Of a stretch of 64,000 nucleotides of DNA, positions 39,481-55,999 are shown one piece after another. Position 1 is the first letter of the stretch; every line of letters starts with the position of its first letter. Source of the stretch: Nageia nagi (Eukaryota; Plantae; Pinophyta); assembly GCA_050084985.1 (NCBI GenBank), contig JBITNC010000002.1, positions 20,398,001 to 20,462,000 of the forward strand. Reading direction: 5' to 3'. The notes under the pieces were generated by a model that did no database searches, had not been told where the DNA came from, and saw only the letters and a program-made list of their open reading frames with translations. The position numbers were made by a program, and so were the translations under genes.

Positions 39481-40894
39481 CTTGGCTTACAAACATAGCT
39501 AGAAAAGTTAGATTATGATATGAAATGCTTCTTTGTATTATTTGTTATTTGTTTATGTTGAACAATATAGATCTTTTTCACAAGCGTAATGTGGTTTTAT
39601 GTCTCTCATGAGAGTAATTTTTGCTGTGTAGTAGGGTCTTCATATCAAAAAAAATATTTTACAGTTATTTGGCTTTGCAAAGAGTGAGAAGGAACCAATC
39701 CTAAGAATACATATGTGGAAGGAGCAATTCGAGTGCAATGGTTGGTATTTCTATATTCTATTAATAGTATTGCCTTAATATGTGTACATAAGTAATAGTA
39801 TTTAGTTAATTGATAAAAAATTTAGTTGATTGTTATGTGTAAACAACTTATTATATATTTTTTTGTTTCACTTGTTATAGGAGAAGTCAACACCAACTCG
39901 AACCAATACTGAAAAGAAAAAGGGGAAGGTCATCTACAAAGGTTGACCCTTCTACCCCATTAATACGACCTTATAAGAAATCAAGCTATGAAAAGAGAAA
40001 ACATAACAATGATTATGTATTGAAAACACATGTATATAATAAGAAAAGGAGATTGAGGGGGTCACTTTTCATGGAAGAAAAAGTGAATAACTGGAATGAT
40101 CTTTTCGAAGAGGAAAAGAATAAGATATTTAATGATATGATATAGTATGGCTCACAGGAAAAAATAGAAAGACGGTAGAGATTGCATTTGGAGAAGGAAC
40201 ACTAAAAGGTATTGCATTCTTTTATATAATTGTTCAATTTGAGTTGTATGCTATTTATAATTTGTAGTCAGATTTTGTTAGTTATCTTCATATGCAATGG
40301 ACACTAATTCACCTACCATATGTAGGGTGCACTTGTTGAGCATTTGTTATGTAAGATGAATGAGGAAGACTATGTGGAGAATGACTTGGAATCTTTAGAA
40401 CATAGTCAATACAAATGAAGTAGTCAATGTAATTCTCTATTATGTTGAAAATTAGGTGAGCATGTGATTGTGAATTTTGTGATTGCTAATCATCAATTTT
40501 CTATATATATTTTTCTAGAAAAAGTCATTATGTTCAACAAAACATGGAGACAACTGCTGGAGAGGGTGACAAGGCAAAGAATGATTCTTTGCATGGAGAT
40601 GGCCATGAAGAGGAGTGGTCATCCTATGACCAAGGTCGATTCACACACGTGTTGATTCTCTTCACTTGTTAAAACAAGTATAATGTTCTTTACTTAATAA
40701 ATGTAGATTTAGCCATAATAAATCCAATCAAACTTGCATGAACAAGGTAACCTCGTGGGGACTAATTGTGAGGGTGGTAAAATGTATCTGAAAATAAAGT
40801 AAAGGTAATGAATCATGGACTCAAACTTTCAGATGATAGAAACTCTGTTTATCAAATAACTAGTGTTACTTCTTGATATCATGTTTATGTCACC

Positions 40895-41325
40895 AGGTTG
40901 TCAAATAATTCTTGTTCCTTCTCTATGCTTCCACATTTTTCATACATGTATACCACTTCACTCACAACCATAACATCTGACAGAAATCCACTACTAAATA
41001 GTCTTTGATGTATGTATGAACCATGTTGCATATCTCCTAGTTTGATGCATGCTTTTGAGTATGTTGGGAAAGGTTAATTGATCTCTTCATTGAATTTGGT
41101 GCAAAAGTGTCAAATCTTATCGAAGAAAGCCATGTCTTTGGTAACTTGAAATTATCATATTCAATGAGAAGACGTCTCATTCAGTCATACAATAAAAAAC
41201 TTCTCCAATTTTCCATTGATGTCCTATGTTTATGGGTATGATTCATCTCCTACAAGAAAAAAATGTACCATTTTATCAAATTTAATCCAACTACAACTAG
41301 GTGTCTTCTTACTATGTAGTTATCT
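40895..41325 (-). pseudogene. Further PPR fragment (E/E+ motif joined to PLS repeats)
   Basis: KKTPSCSWIKFDKMVHFFLVGDESYP, followed downstream by KLGDMQHG...GFLSDVMV...KCGSIEK..ELFD. Confidence 0.75.
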
Positions 41326-43469
41326 TTACATTATTCTCCATAACAATTGCAATTTCAGCTTAGTCATCGAAAATGATTTTTTGATTTGAGATTTTCTCCT
41401 TAACATTTGCAATTGAAAATATATTTCTACTTATAAAATCCAATATATTAGCTCATATAAATTCAATAAAATATGCAGGAACATGGTGGTGGAGATGAAG
41501 GCAACCCCATAGAGACTGATTACGAGCATGCCAAAAATGAATTGGCAAAAGGATGAGAGGTAATGAATCACATTGTTGTTAGTAATGAATAAGCTCGAAA
41601 TGTTAGACTCTTCATTGGCATAGGCGATGGATGCAAATATAGTTTTGATTTTTTTCATTCCATGGTATTCTTAATTTTTGGTTTCTTAGGGTGTAAATGA
41701 GGAGTCTTTTCATGGCAATGGAGATGCCAATGTTTTGGAAGAAGAGGGTGATCATTTAAAGATTGATTCTTCCAGTGCAGATGATCATGATAAAGGTAAA
41801 ATGTATTCTCTTAGATGATAATACTAGTTTTATGTTTCTCGTGTCATTATCGAAAAAATGAAGAACTATAGTTATGGCTTTTGGATTATTAGGTATAATG
41901 TGTTCAATTGGATTGCATAGGAGATGCCAGTGTTTTGGATTACATAGGAGCTACCAATGAAGATTAGTACACATCACAAGATAAAGGTTTCCTGACACAG
42001 GTGTTGATCATCTTTACTTGTTAAACCAAAAATAATGTTTATGAAATACTTATTTACCAAATACATATCAACAAATATTTACCAAGATAAATGTTTACCA
42101 AATACTTATGTAGGAGATTGACCATGAGACTCTAAAAAATGTATTTCAAATACATCAACTAGTGTTTCTTCTGGAAACTGGTGATCCTCGTATAGTTGGG
42201 CTTAGGAGGGTGCTCAATGTTAATGTGTATGATACATGCCATTTCAACTGAATTGATGAGGGTAATGTATCGGTGCAAATTATGAAATCTTTTGTGAATA
42301 ATTACCAACTACCCTTACTACATCCAGAAGCCATCACAGTGAAAGATGCAAAAAAAGGGATTGTGAGATAGCCATTTGCGGAGCTTGATTTTATGGATGT
42401 TCATCACAAAGAGCATCATCCTAGCGCAAAGGTAATCATTCCATTCCATGAAGCTATGAAATGCAATTGCAAGCTCTTTGTCATTAAGATTATTTATTAT
42501 TTCCATGTTGGAAGTAGTTAACTAGTTCATATAGTTTCATGAAATTCAATGAAGAAATTTTGATTGTGCTTTGCTTTTTTTTTTTATCAATTTTAGGACA
42601 ACAGAGTTGAATATGTTGAGTTGGCTGGTGGTAAAGCTAAAAATGATGATAATGAGAAACAAGTATTTGAGAATCTTCTTAGATTTTGGGTTTCATAATT
42701 GATTTTGAAATTATTGTTGTTTGTTGTATGTATATTTTAATGGATAATTTGATTTCTGCCATGTAGGCCCAAGGTGGACATATCATACTTCTTACAAGCA
42801 AGATTACTTCACCTATGCCATTTGTAGAAACAAAGTTTAGTATTAAGGATGAAAAAATAAAAATCTGTACTGGTGTATTTTATGGGGGGGTAGACCAATA
42901 GAATGTTGGATATGTATAATTGAATCAGACTTATGGTTATGATGTTGGTTCTTATTTATCCTTGATTACCATATCATATCATATGTTGGTGTATTTTCAT
43001 GTTTATCCTTTATTTTCATATCATATGTTGGTTTAGTTGCATGCCATTATGCAAGACTCTTTTATATGGTGCAATTACATTATATGGTATAATTACATTA
43101 CTTTAAAGCATGCACCATGTTATTGTGCTCATCAAACAATTACAAGGGTATTTTGTATGCAATCTTTGGCCCAATGCCTTGGTTGTTGGTATTTAAAGTA
43201 TTTGTCTAACTCTAAATTATTTTTCAAGCTTCTATGATAATAAAATTTGATAAATACTTTAAATGCCAATAACTAGGCATTGGCCAAAAATTGCATCTCA
43301 TAAGAATGGATCCAGGTAATTTTTTAATGGAAGCCTAATTATTGTACTTCATGAGGTTTCAAAGATACTTAGATAATCTTGTATCATTTTTTTATATCAT
43401 ATAATGTATTTAGATCATTTCATATCATTAGAATAATTGCATTATTTTAGAACATTTGGTGGATGAGGC

Positions 43470-44270
43470 CAACTTATGAGTTTTTGACTAGGTTTTGACA
43501 CTTAGAAAATTTCTAGGTTGAAAATTTGTTTTCCTTCTCCAAGCTAGTTTTTAGATCATATGGTGTATTTTAAATCATTTCATATCACATGCCATAATTT
43601 ATTTGTAAAAATGTTCTGATAAAGGCTACGCAATGAAGGAGCCCACATCATATCCCATTATTTTCATCTCATCAATTTGTATATACAACACGAAATCCAC
43701 TTGAGAAGCACATGTTTTTTTTGTATTTGGCAAAGTATTACAAGCATATTTTTGCCAACCACTTTTGGACTAGTTTTTGACATAAAATATTTGGGTTGAA
43801 CAATTTATTTTCTTCTCTAAACCAATTTTTGGATCATACAGTGTATCTAAATCATTTCATATCGCATGTCATAATTTATTTATTAAAAAGTTATGTTACA
43901 TGTCAGACAATGAAGGAACCCACAACATGTTTTATTGTTTTCATGTCATCATTCTATTATATACAACATGACATCCACTTAGAAACCACATATTTTTTCT
44001 ATATTTGCCTAAGTATTACTAACATGTTTTTGCCAACTTACCACTTTTGGATTGGTTTTTGACACTTGGAAAAATTTATGGGTTGAATAGTTGGTTTCTT
44101 TCCCTAAGCCAGTTTTGGATCATATATGGTGTATATAAATCATTTCATCTCATATATCATAATGTATTTGTAAAAATATTCTAATACGTATCAAACAATG
44201 AAGGAGCCCACAACATGTTTCATTGTTTTCATCTCATCATTTTGTATAATACAACATGACATCCATTTTG
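43470..44270. repeat. Tandem repeat of about 280 bp x3
   Basis: CAATGAAGGA.CCCACA at about 43631, 43908 and 44196, with conserved flanks. Confidence 0.8.
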
Positions 44271-45287
44271 TATATATATATATATATAGTGCACTTGCTT
44301 CATTTCATATCATATGGAGTACTTATATATAATTTCATATCATTTATATGGTACCTTTGGATCATTTAATATCATATGGTGTACTTAGATAATTTTATAT
44401 CATATCTTGGTTCATTTAAATCATTTCATATCCATGGACTTGGCCGCTATAGAGGTGTGGTTAGGTGTTCCTTCGATTGTCTCTAGTGTTGTACTAGGAT
44501 GAGTAAGGTAAAATATTGAATTATGGCATGGTTAGTTCCATTGGTTCATCCTTCAGGAGTCCATGACCAACATTATGATTGACTTTGCTTGCCTCGAGTA
44601 ACATAGGATGACATAGCTTGGAAGCATTATTCCCTTCCATTGGAAGAATGTTTCTAGGCTACCTCCTTTTTTTCTTAAACAAAATATTAAGTGACAATTA
44701 TAAATTGCTCTATTAAGTTTTAATATGGTAGTTTAAAACCACCCCTAAATTATGACAATTTAAACCTGCCCCTATAAACTTTCAAGGTATAATAGGTGGT
44801 CTTTTTTAACCACCCTCGTATTCTTTATAGAGGAACTTTATACCCATCTTTGTAGTACCTTAGGCGATGGTTTCAATGATCATATGGTAGTAGTTAGAAA
44901 TCATCGCCATAGGAAATCGACTTTTGGTGGTGCCCACATAGACGATAATTAAATAATCATTAGTAAAGGCATTCGATGGGGGTTTTTAAGTGTCTCCAAA
45001 GGCACTTTATGGTCTAGTGTTTCAGTAGGACCAAATCTTGAAAGGAGTTGGAGCATTTAATCCTTATTGGAATTGTAACATGAGGGCTTGCTTGTTTCTA
45101 TTATCGAGTTTGGCAGTTTTGTTGGTTCCAAATTATTTATGGTTGGTATCTACCAATAGGTTTCCCCACCTTCCTTAGAGCTTGCTCTTCTACTTTTCTA
45201 TCCGAACATTAATCCACATAGTGTTCAAATAATCCTTACATTGTTACATAATATAATGGGTTCGTAGTTGTACCCAAATGAAAAATA

Positions 45288-46180
45288 TGAAAGATTTTAG
45301 ATAGATAGATAAATAAGTCTTTTAATGTCCTTTTAGACCTATTGGTTTATAAGAGCTATCAAAGTAACAAGGAGCATGGATGATATGGAATCGACATAAG
45401 CTTTTTCATACTTATTTTCTTTTGAAAGATTTTAGATAGATAGATAAATAAGTCTTTTAATATCCTTTTAGACCCATTGGTTTATAAGAACTATCAAAAT
45501 CTATCTAGAAATAAATATAAATCAATTAAGTATTTGAATGATTATTTCTCACATAATTAAGTTATAATTAAATCACAACTTGTTTTGGTTATATTGGTTT
45601 AAAAATTAGTGGGTTTAGTTGAATTTAATATACCTTTGTAGGTTTGTCTAATGTTTGTAGAGTGGGTAAAAAAAGAGAAAGGGATTCCCATCCTCTATGG
45701 CATTTAGATTACAATACTTACAAATTCTTTTATGCTAAGGTATTTTACGTGTTTTCCATCTACCAGTTTAACTATGTAAATCATGTGAGTTAGTTCTTAA
45801 TTTTGTAATCATAGGTTTCTTTTTGAGATTAGTAATTTTGAGGATAGGATGGAGGTTAAGTTTTGGATTATTGATATTTTTATAGTAAGCTAATTTTGTT
45901 TTATCTTTGTAGGTTTGTCTAATGTCTTTATAGAGTGGGCAAAAAAAGAGAAAGTGAGTCTCATCTTCTATGGCATATAGATTACAATACTTTCAAATTA
46001 TTTTATGTCAAGGTATTTTAAGTCTTGTCCATTTACCAATTTCACTATGTAAATAATGTGAATTAGTTATTAATTTTGTAATCGTAGATTTCTTTTTGAA
46101 AATAATATTTTTTAATATAGGATGGAGGTTCAAGTATTAGATTAATGATATTTTTATAGTAAGCTAGTTTTCTTTCATCT
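45288..46180. repeat. Local duplications (about 75 bp x2; about 270 bp x2)
   Basis: GAAAGATTTT...TATCAAA at 45288 and 45424. CTTTGTAGGTTTGTCTAATG at 45634 and 45905. Confidence 0.8.
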
Positions 46181-47499
46181 TTAATGTTATCATCATTCCT
46201 AAAAAAATATTTGCAATTTGAACTTCTATATTATCACAATTAGTAAGGGTTAAATTATTGTGTAAGTCTTAAAAATCCCACCACTTATCAAAGTCTCTTA
46301 GCAATCCTTTTTAAGATGATGCGTTGGACAAGTTTATTGGGCAACTACAAGCAATATATATAGATCTAACATTTTTAATTTATAATTTTAAAATTTATGT
46401 TGTTTTAAAGTTTCATTTTCAATAGGGAGTAAACCAAATTCCATGAAGAAGATAGAATAAGGTATGTTTAAAAAAAAAAAATTAAATTATAAAGGATAAA
46501 TTATTTTTGAATTTGCTCGATTTTATTCCATGTTTATTCAGAAATGCTTTCACCCTAGACTTCACAACCATAGAGTATTACTGAAGTTACAAGACAAGAG
46601 AAAAGAGTTTTTTTTAATCCCAATTCTAAAGTCTTACATTTTTACACTTATTTTTCAAACCATAAAAATCTTTCCATCTAGCAAAGATTCTTTTTTAAAC
46701 ATTTATATTCCAATTTAATTTATGATTTATGTCAATATGTAAATATTTGTACGATTGAACCATCTTTAAATATTAAAAAGAATTATGAGGTAAACCTTTT
46801 TTTTTAAATTTAATAATCATAATTTTCATTTTATCTGCATTAACTATTTTTGTTAATGATTTGAATCATATTTGATGGCTATTTAACGAATGTACCTATT
46901 GTAAGCAAAATTTCATTTTCTTCAGATCTTTTGTAAAGGAAACTTATATCTAAATGCAATGATTATGTTTAAATATTTTATCAACAAAATATTTAAGTAA
47001 GTTTGATCTGTCAAACACATTTACAAGGTGATAATTGTCCTCTATCATGTATCTAACTTTCCCAAATATTTATATAATTTATTTCATTTATACATCAAAT
47101 CAACTAACAAACTTTAATTTTTTAAAGCCAAAATCTAAAGCATCCAAATGAACTATGCAAGTTATATCACAAATAATCAAAGTAAAAGAAATGTCATTCA
47201 GTGAGATTGCCTTACGTAACTAAAGAAAGGTGTGAAGATCTAAACTTTAAACTATTGAAAAAGTGTGTTCTCCATTCTGTTGGCAGTGAACACAAGTTGG
47301 CAATATCAACTTCATCATTTTTCACATCAGTTCCTTTTAGACCAATAAATGGAAGAGTACTTCACCTATCTGACCTATAACAATCCTTAATGTGGAAGCT
47401 TGTTAGTAGCTAGGCAGTCCAAATGCTGCGTGCCTCATCCGTTTGACTTCGTACAATATAAATTACAATTATATATAATTTGTTGTTATTGGTTTGCTT

Positions 47500-48340
47500 A
47501 ACAATCTGATATCAAAGCACAACACCTTAATATAATGTCCCCTGCATCGTTGTTACCAACTTACCAGCACCATTCTATACAAACACAAATTTGTCTAGGT
47601 TGAGAGAAAAGCCAATGACAGAATTGGTGGAATCCAAGGAGATCCGAACACCGGCCTTGAGTATTCCCGTCATGGGCATGCTCTGAGTGGTGGATGGAAA
47701 GGCTAGATAGAAGGAACCCATGAAGTCCACTGGAATCCCAGAGCACGTGTTGAAGCCGGACACCCCTTTCAAATATGGGAGGTGTTTACGATGGTGACTC
47801 CAAGGTGAAAATTTATAATGTGTAAAAATAAAATAAAAACAAATCAGTTTTTCAGTAATTGGTAATAAGGGTAAATTGGTCAAGTTCTTATATTAATATT
47901 ATTAGATTGTAGTTCAAGTGAGTTTGTTTCTTTTAGTTATTTTGAAGAAATGGCATCTGCATTAGGAAGAATTGAGTTAAAATGTTTTTTGAATTTGATG
48001 AGAATCAATTTGAACTATGAAAGCATTGAATAGATGGTTTTCTAAATGAGATCAAATGATTGCAGTCAAAGGCATAAAGCCATCAAGCATGAAAGATGAA
48101 GATTAGGAAGCCTTGACTAAGAAACCTAGGCAAAATTAAAAAACGTGTATCAATCTAAATCTTTTATTAATAGACCCTTTTTATATGTGAAAAGTGTTGT
48201 CGTTAATGATAAAGGAATGTGATTCCATTTTAAATCATCTTGACTCATTGAATGAAATATTAAATGAATTATCAATTCTTGACTTAAATGTAAATGATGA
48301 AGATCAGTCCATTATTCTGTTTGCATCTTCTCCTCAGAAA
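47500..48340 (+). mobile_element. Decayed Copia 5' region (LTR end, PBS, gag)
   Basis: ...TTAACA followed by degenerate PBS TGATATCAAAGC (47507-47518). MASALGRIE..FD..FEL gag start at about 47950. UBN2-like HLDSLNEILNEL...DEDQSIIL in 48194-48340. Confidence 0.65.
47598..47785 (-). pseudogene. Fragment of A1 aspartic protease (ASPG/nepenthesin-like) C-terminus
   Basis: LPYLKGVSGFNTC / IPVDFMGSFYLAF...RISLDSTNSVIGFS resembles LP..SGVS.FDTC and IPVD..GTFC.AF...ISFD.AN..VGF. Confidence 0.65.
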
Positions 48341-48479
48341 CAAGCAACTGCTTTGATAGGAATCACTATTGCAAATGGTGTCCAATTGAAAATTTCTAAC
48401 AGAATTTTCTATCAAAGCAGTTGCTTGTTTCTATCAAAGCAATTTGAAAGAGTGATTCCTACAACGAAGTGAAGTAGTA

Positions 48480-51400
48480 TGGTGCAGATGAATTTCCTTG
48501 AGGGTGCTAACTCTAGGGATTCTACTCCTAGAGAGATTGGTGAAATGGAACTACAACAAGGGCGCGTTGAGAAGCAGAAGCAGGTACTCGAGGTAGAGCA
48601 TAAGAAGATTGGAGGTGGTCCTAATGGTCGAGCTGAATGTGAAGTTAAGAATTGAAGAAGGTTAAGGAAAGCTGAGGATCGTATGGATGTTCTACAAGAA
48701 GAGGCTGGAAAATTGCATAACCAAGTTGGGGAACTGTAGAGTCAAGTTACTAGTCTGGAGGAACAATTCGGAAAGAGAATGAGAAATCAAAGGGGGAAGT
48801 TTAAACATGGGCGACAAGAAGAGGTATCACAAGGATCTCAAAAGTTAGGAGATGAACCATGATGAAAACACAAGTATTTTGTGTACGATAAAGCCCATCT
48901 AGCTAAGGTCTATTTGAAGATTCCAAAGCTAAACACCATGGGCAAGTCTAGGGAAGATGTATAGGAGTCCATCCCCTTATCAGTGGATTAAGTGGGGCAG
49001 GAGCCTCTTGCCAGAGTAGTTGGAGAGTTTTCTTTTTGGAAGATTTAGTTTTGAGGTCAACCAGAGAAGCAAGTCAGTGAGATTAAGGATTTAAGGTGTT
49101 GAAGATGTAGGAATCCTTAGGTTTGGATAGGATAGGAGAGTCAAGACAGGATGGACCTTGTAATAAGCACTTTCAACAATAAACATAGTGTGCATGTTTA
49201 TTAAAAAAATAATAATAATATAATGAAAGGCTACATGGTATGGGATATGTACACCTTCCTTAATGAAAAAAAACATAGCTATATGGGACATGTACGTTTT
49301 AATGAAAAAAACATAGCTACATGGTATGGGACATGTATGCTTAATAAAGATGAAATGAACCTCAACACATCTAATAAATTAAACTTACAACCAAAATTAA
49401 TGGATTATGGTGGAATTGCTTATGGTACGAGGGAGTTGGTCCTCTGCCAATACACATGTTCTTTGAGCCGATGGATGGATCTATAAGGGTGAACCCCCAT
49501 GTGATGGATCCTTGGTAGGGTGGTTTACCCAAGACATGCGCATACAAACTAGGCCATCTAGGAAGGTATGGTTAGGTGTTCCTTATGGTGTCACCAATTG
49601 GGTTCATGAGAGGCTGATTGGTTTGGGTACATGGTCTGTATACCTCTTGGGCTGCATCATGTGACTTAATACTAATGTTGGACAGTTACTAGCCAATTAT
49701 GTTGCGTTGAATCCTTCAAAAGCCCATAACTAGAGTTGTTATATGTGGTTTTCGAGCTCCCAACTTGTGAGGTAGGGTTTTTGCTTCACAAGTTTGCTTA
49801 GCCACGGGAGTTGGATTACAAGGAGTTGGATTGCGCATATACATGTAGTGCAGTGTAGAATGCTTACACCTAAAGCATGAAAGCTTGTAGGTTAGTGATG
49901 GACATTGTAATATCCCAAATGAGATCCTTAACAAATATGAACAATTACTTTCAAAACCAATCAACTAGGGCATCCACAATCAACAACTCAAACCCTAGAT
50001 TGCCAACGATGGGTCACAAACACAACAATACTCAACACATGCACAGAATAGGCAACACAAACACAACGTTGAGATCCAAAAGAGCCCACGAATTGTATTA
50101 TGATAATCAATGACATACAATACAAAATATGCCCAAAGGGCATGACGTTAGCCTCCTGGGAGCTGAACCATGCCGAATGACTCTCTTGATAATGCCAAAC
50201 GAACCTAAGGACAGCAGTGCCTCCTCACAATCTAATTCCTCCCCATTGAAGGGGCCCTCCTTAGATCTGGATAACCACTCGCGTGGTAGAGACTCCACCT
50301 TAGATCCACTGGATGGGTAATGGTGCTCCACCAATTGTTGTACACTATCAAGATCCCTCCACTTGGTAACCCTCTTAGGTGCTCCACCTAAGGAATTCAC
50401 TTAGCACTCCGCTAAGGTCTTTGTCCATCGGACGATATGTAAGAGTAAAGTAATAATAATCAAGCTGTTTGGCAAATGAACCTCCTTGTCTCTTTATACT
50501 CTCACTAGGACCTGGATTCCACCTCGGAATCATCACTAGGCTCTAAGGCCTCAACGTTAGCCTCTAGAGGGCCTGGGATGCCCAACGTGAGTGCATAGGT
50601 GTCAGGAATGCCAACGTGGGATTTCTGGGTGCCATAAATGCCAACGCAAGGTCTAAGGGTGCCATGCATGCCCACACGGGTCTGGGAGTCATGCGTGGGG
50701 GCCTAGGAGTCTGGGTTTGCCAACGTGGAGGCTAGGAATCTCACCATGGCTAGCGAAAGTATACAATCCATTATCTTGGTTAATTAATAAACATGAGACC
50801 TTGGGAATCCCACAATCAAGTTTGGGATCTCCAAGTACATTAATACTTCCTAATCTACACTTGGGAGGGATACGTCTCGCTAGGGGCTCACAATGGGGTC
50901 CATGGACCAATTAATTCATATCCCAAGTTAATACAAAATAACTCTAAAACAAACTACAAAATAAATACCAAAGGGATATTATTAAAATGTTCCCTATTGG
51001 TTATTACATTATTTTATATGGTACAAGAAGGGATGTTACAGACATGGATGTGCCAAAATGATGATGTCGACATAAAGCATCAAGGTAAACATACTCAAAG
51101 GGCATGCATCTTAGGCAATATCATTATGAGCCAGTGTTGAGGGTATCCAACGTGAAACATGTTCTGAAATGTGTGATCGTCTCCTTCAAGGTTTTCTTGC
51201 TTAATGGGACATCAAACATTCAAAATCAGCACCTCGGTTATGTTGCCTTTGTTTTCAGCACAAATCCACTAACGAGGTAGTGATGGACATAGCCTTCAAG
51301 GTTGAAAAGTTTAGAGGGTGATAAAATCACTATAAGATTGTACTGTTGACATCCTGGTCAATCTTTCCTTAAGTGGGGAAGAATATGAGAGGGCGACCTC

Positions 51401-51500
51401 TCATGGTGTTGCGCGTGGGCTAATTTGATGAGTTCGGCCCTAAGGGCATTATCCCTTGGGAGACTAAGTGAAAGGCATATTTTAGGTGGACTACATTGTT
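48480..51500 (+). mobile_element. Decayed LTR retroelement hosting the solo LTR; ends in a PPT and a truncated LTR starting at 51384
   Basis: Gag-like coiled coil and knuckle remnant at 48550-48920. PPT AAGTGGGGAAGAA (51371-51383) followed by TATGAGAGGGCGACCTCTC. Confidence 0.45.
49906..51040. mobile_element. Solo LTR (1135 bp)
   Basis: Termini TGTAATATCCC...GGGATGTTACA. Perfect TSD GACAT at 49901-49905 and 51041-51045. Internal TGCCAACGTG repeats at 50575-50730. Confidence 0.92.
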
Positions 51501-52403
51501 GTGTCCGTAACGGCGATCCATGTGGTCCATAGCCAATGTCTGGCAACACTCAGTTAGGCCACACTACAATGGGTGGTTCAAGCTTGTACTATCTTCCCAA
51601 GAGTGGCCAAGGAGCAGTTAGCCATTCCTCAGCCACCTCCTGGGAACAACCAAGTGTTCCCCCTTGGTTCGGGCAGCTAGCCTCAAGTAATAAATAAAAA
51701 AAACTCATTTTTTTTTAACATGCCCAAATTTGTAGGGATTGAGACCCACTAATGTCCCCACCCTCCAAAAATAACAATTTATAAGTGCATGCAAAGTCAT
51801 AACATCATTTCATTTTATGCAGCCAAGAAGAAATAAAACAGCAGTGAGAAGAAAAAAGCAGCAATGAGGATGAAAAAACAACAGTAAGGAGAAGAAAGTC
51901 AGCCAAGGATATTCTGATTCATACTTGATTTCTAATTTCAGTTCCAAGTTTTATATACATAATTAAATTTATAATAATAATAAATCTGAAACAATGAAAT
52001 CTCAAAAATCTATAGTTAAAAATTCAGAGAATTTTTATTAATATTGTACTTGTTTATAGTCTTTCTGAGGATGGCCCATGGATCTTCATTCTCTTCTCAA
52101 AATGAAGAGGATTAATTCTTGACAACTACAAAACAATCCTCTATGCTAATATGATTTATGTATTGCTTTCTTGAAATATAAAATTTTTCATACTGTTTGC
52201 ATCTAATAATATGATTCTGCCATTGAAAAGTAGAGAATGTGCACTTGTTATCAAGAAAAAAAAGAAGTCATATAGAATAATTATGAAAAAGCATTTGTAG
52301 TATAATTTCTCCTACCTAAATAATATATGCTCCGTTAGCAGCCTTGAAACTAAAAATCACTAGTAAATTAATTCTGTCATTTGACTTGCAGGTTTCCTTT
52401 CCA

Positions 52404-55999
<3,596 letters not shown>

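Larger units (their letters stand above)
36482..45019 (+). mobile_element. Decayed CACTA/En-Spm-like element(s); left boundary uncertain
   Basis: 3' terminus ...GGTCTAGTG at 45019 with short subterminal repeats at 44730-45000. Dense direct and inverted AGTAAAC/GTTTA motifs at 36500-37050. Many short decayed exons with AG/GT borders at 39880-42830, including a TnpA-like piece at about 42120-42380. Confidence 0.5.

Noticed and set aside
44450-44510. 5S rRNA fragment (GTACTAGGATGAGT)
   Set aside because: The match is too short and the flanks do not follow 5S.
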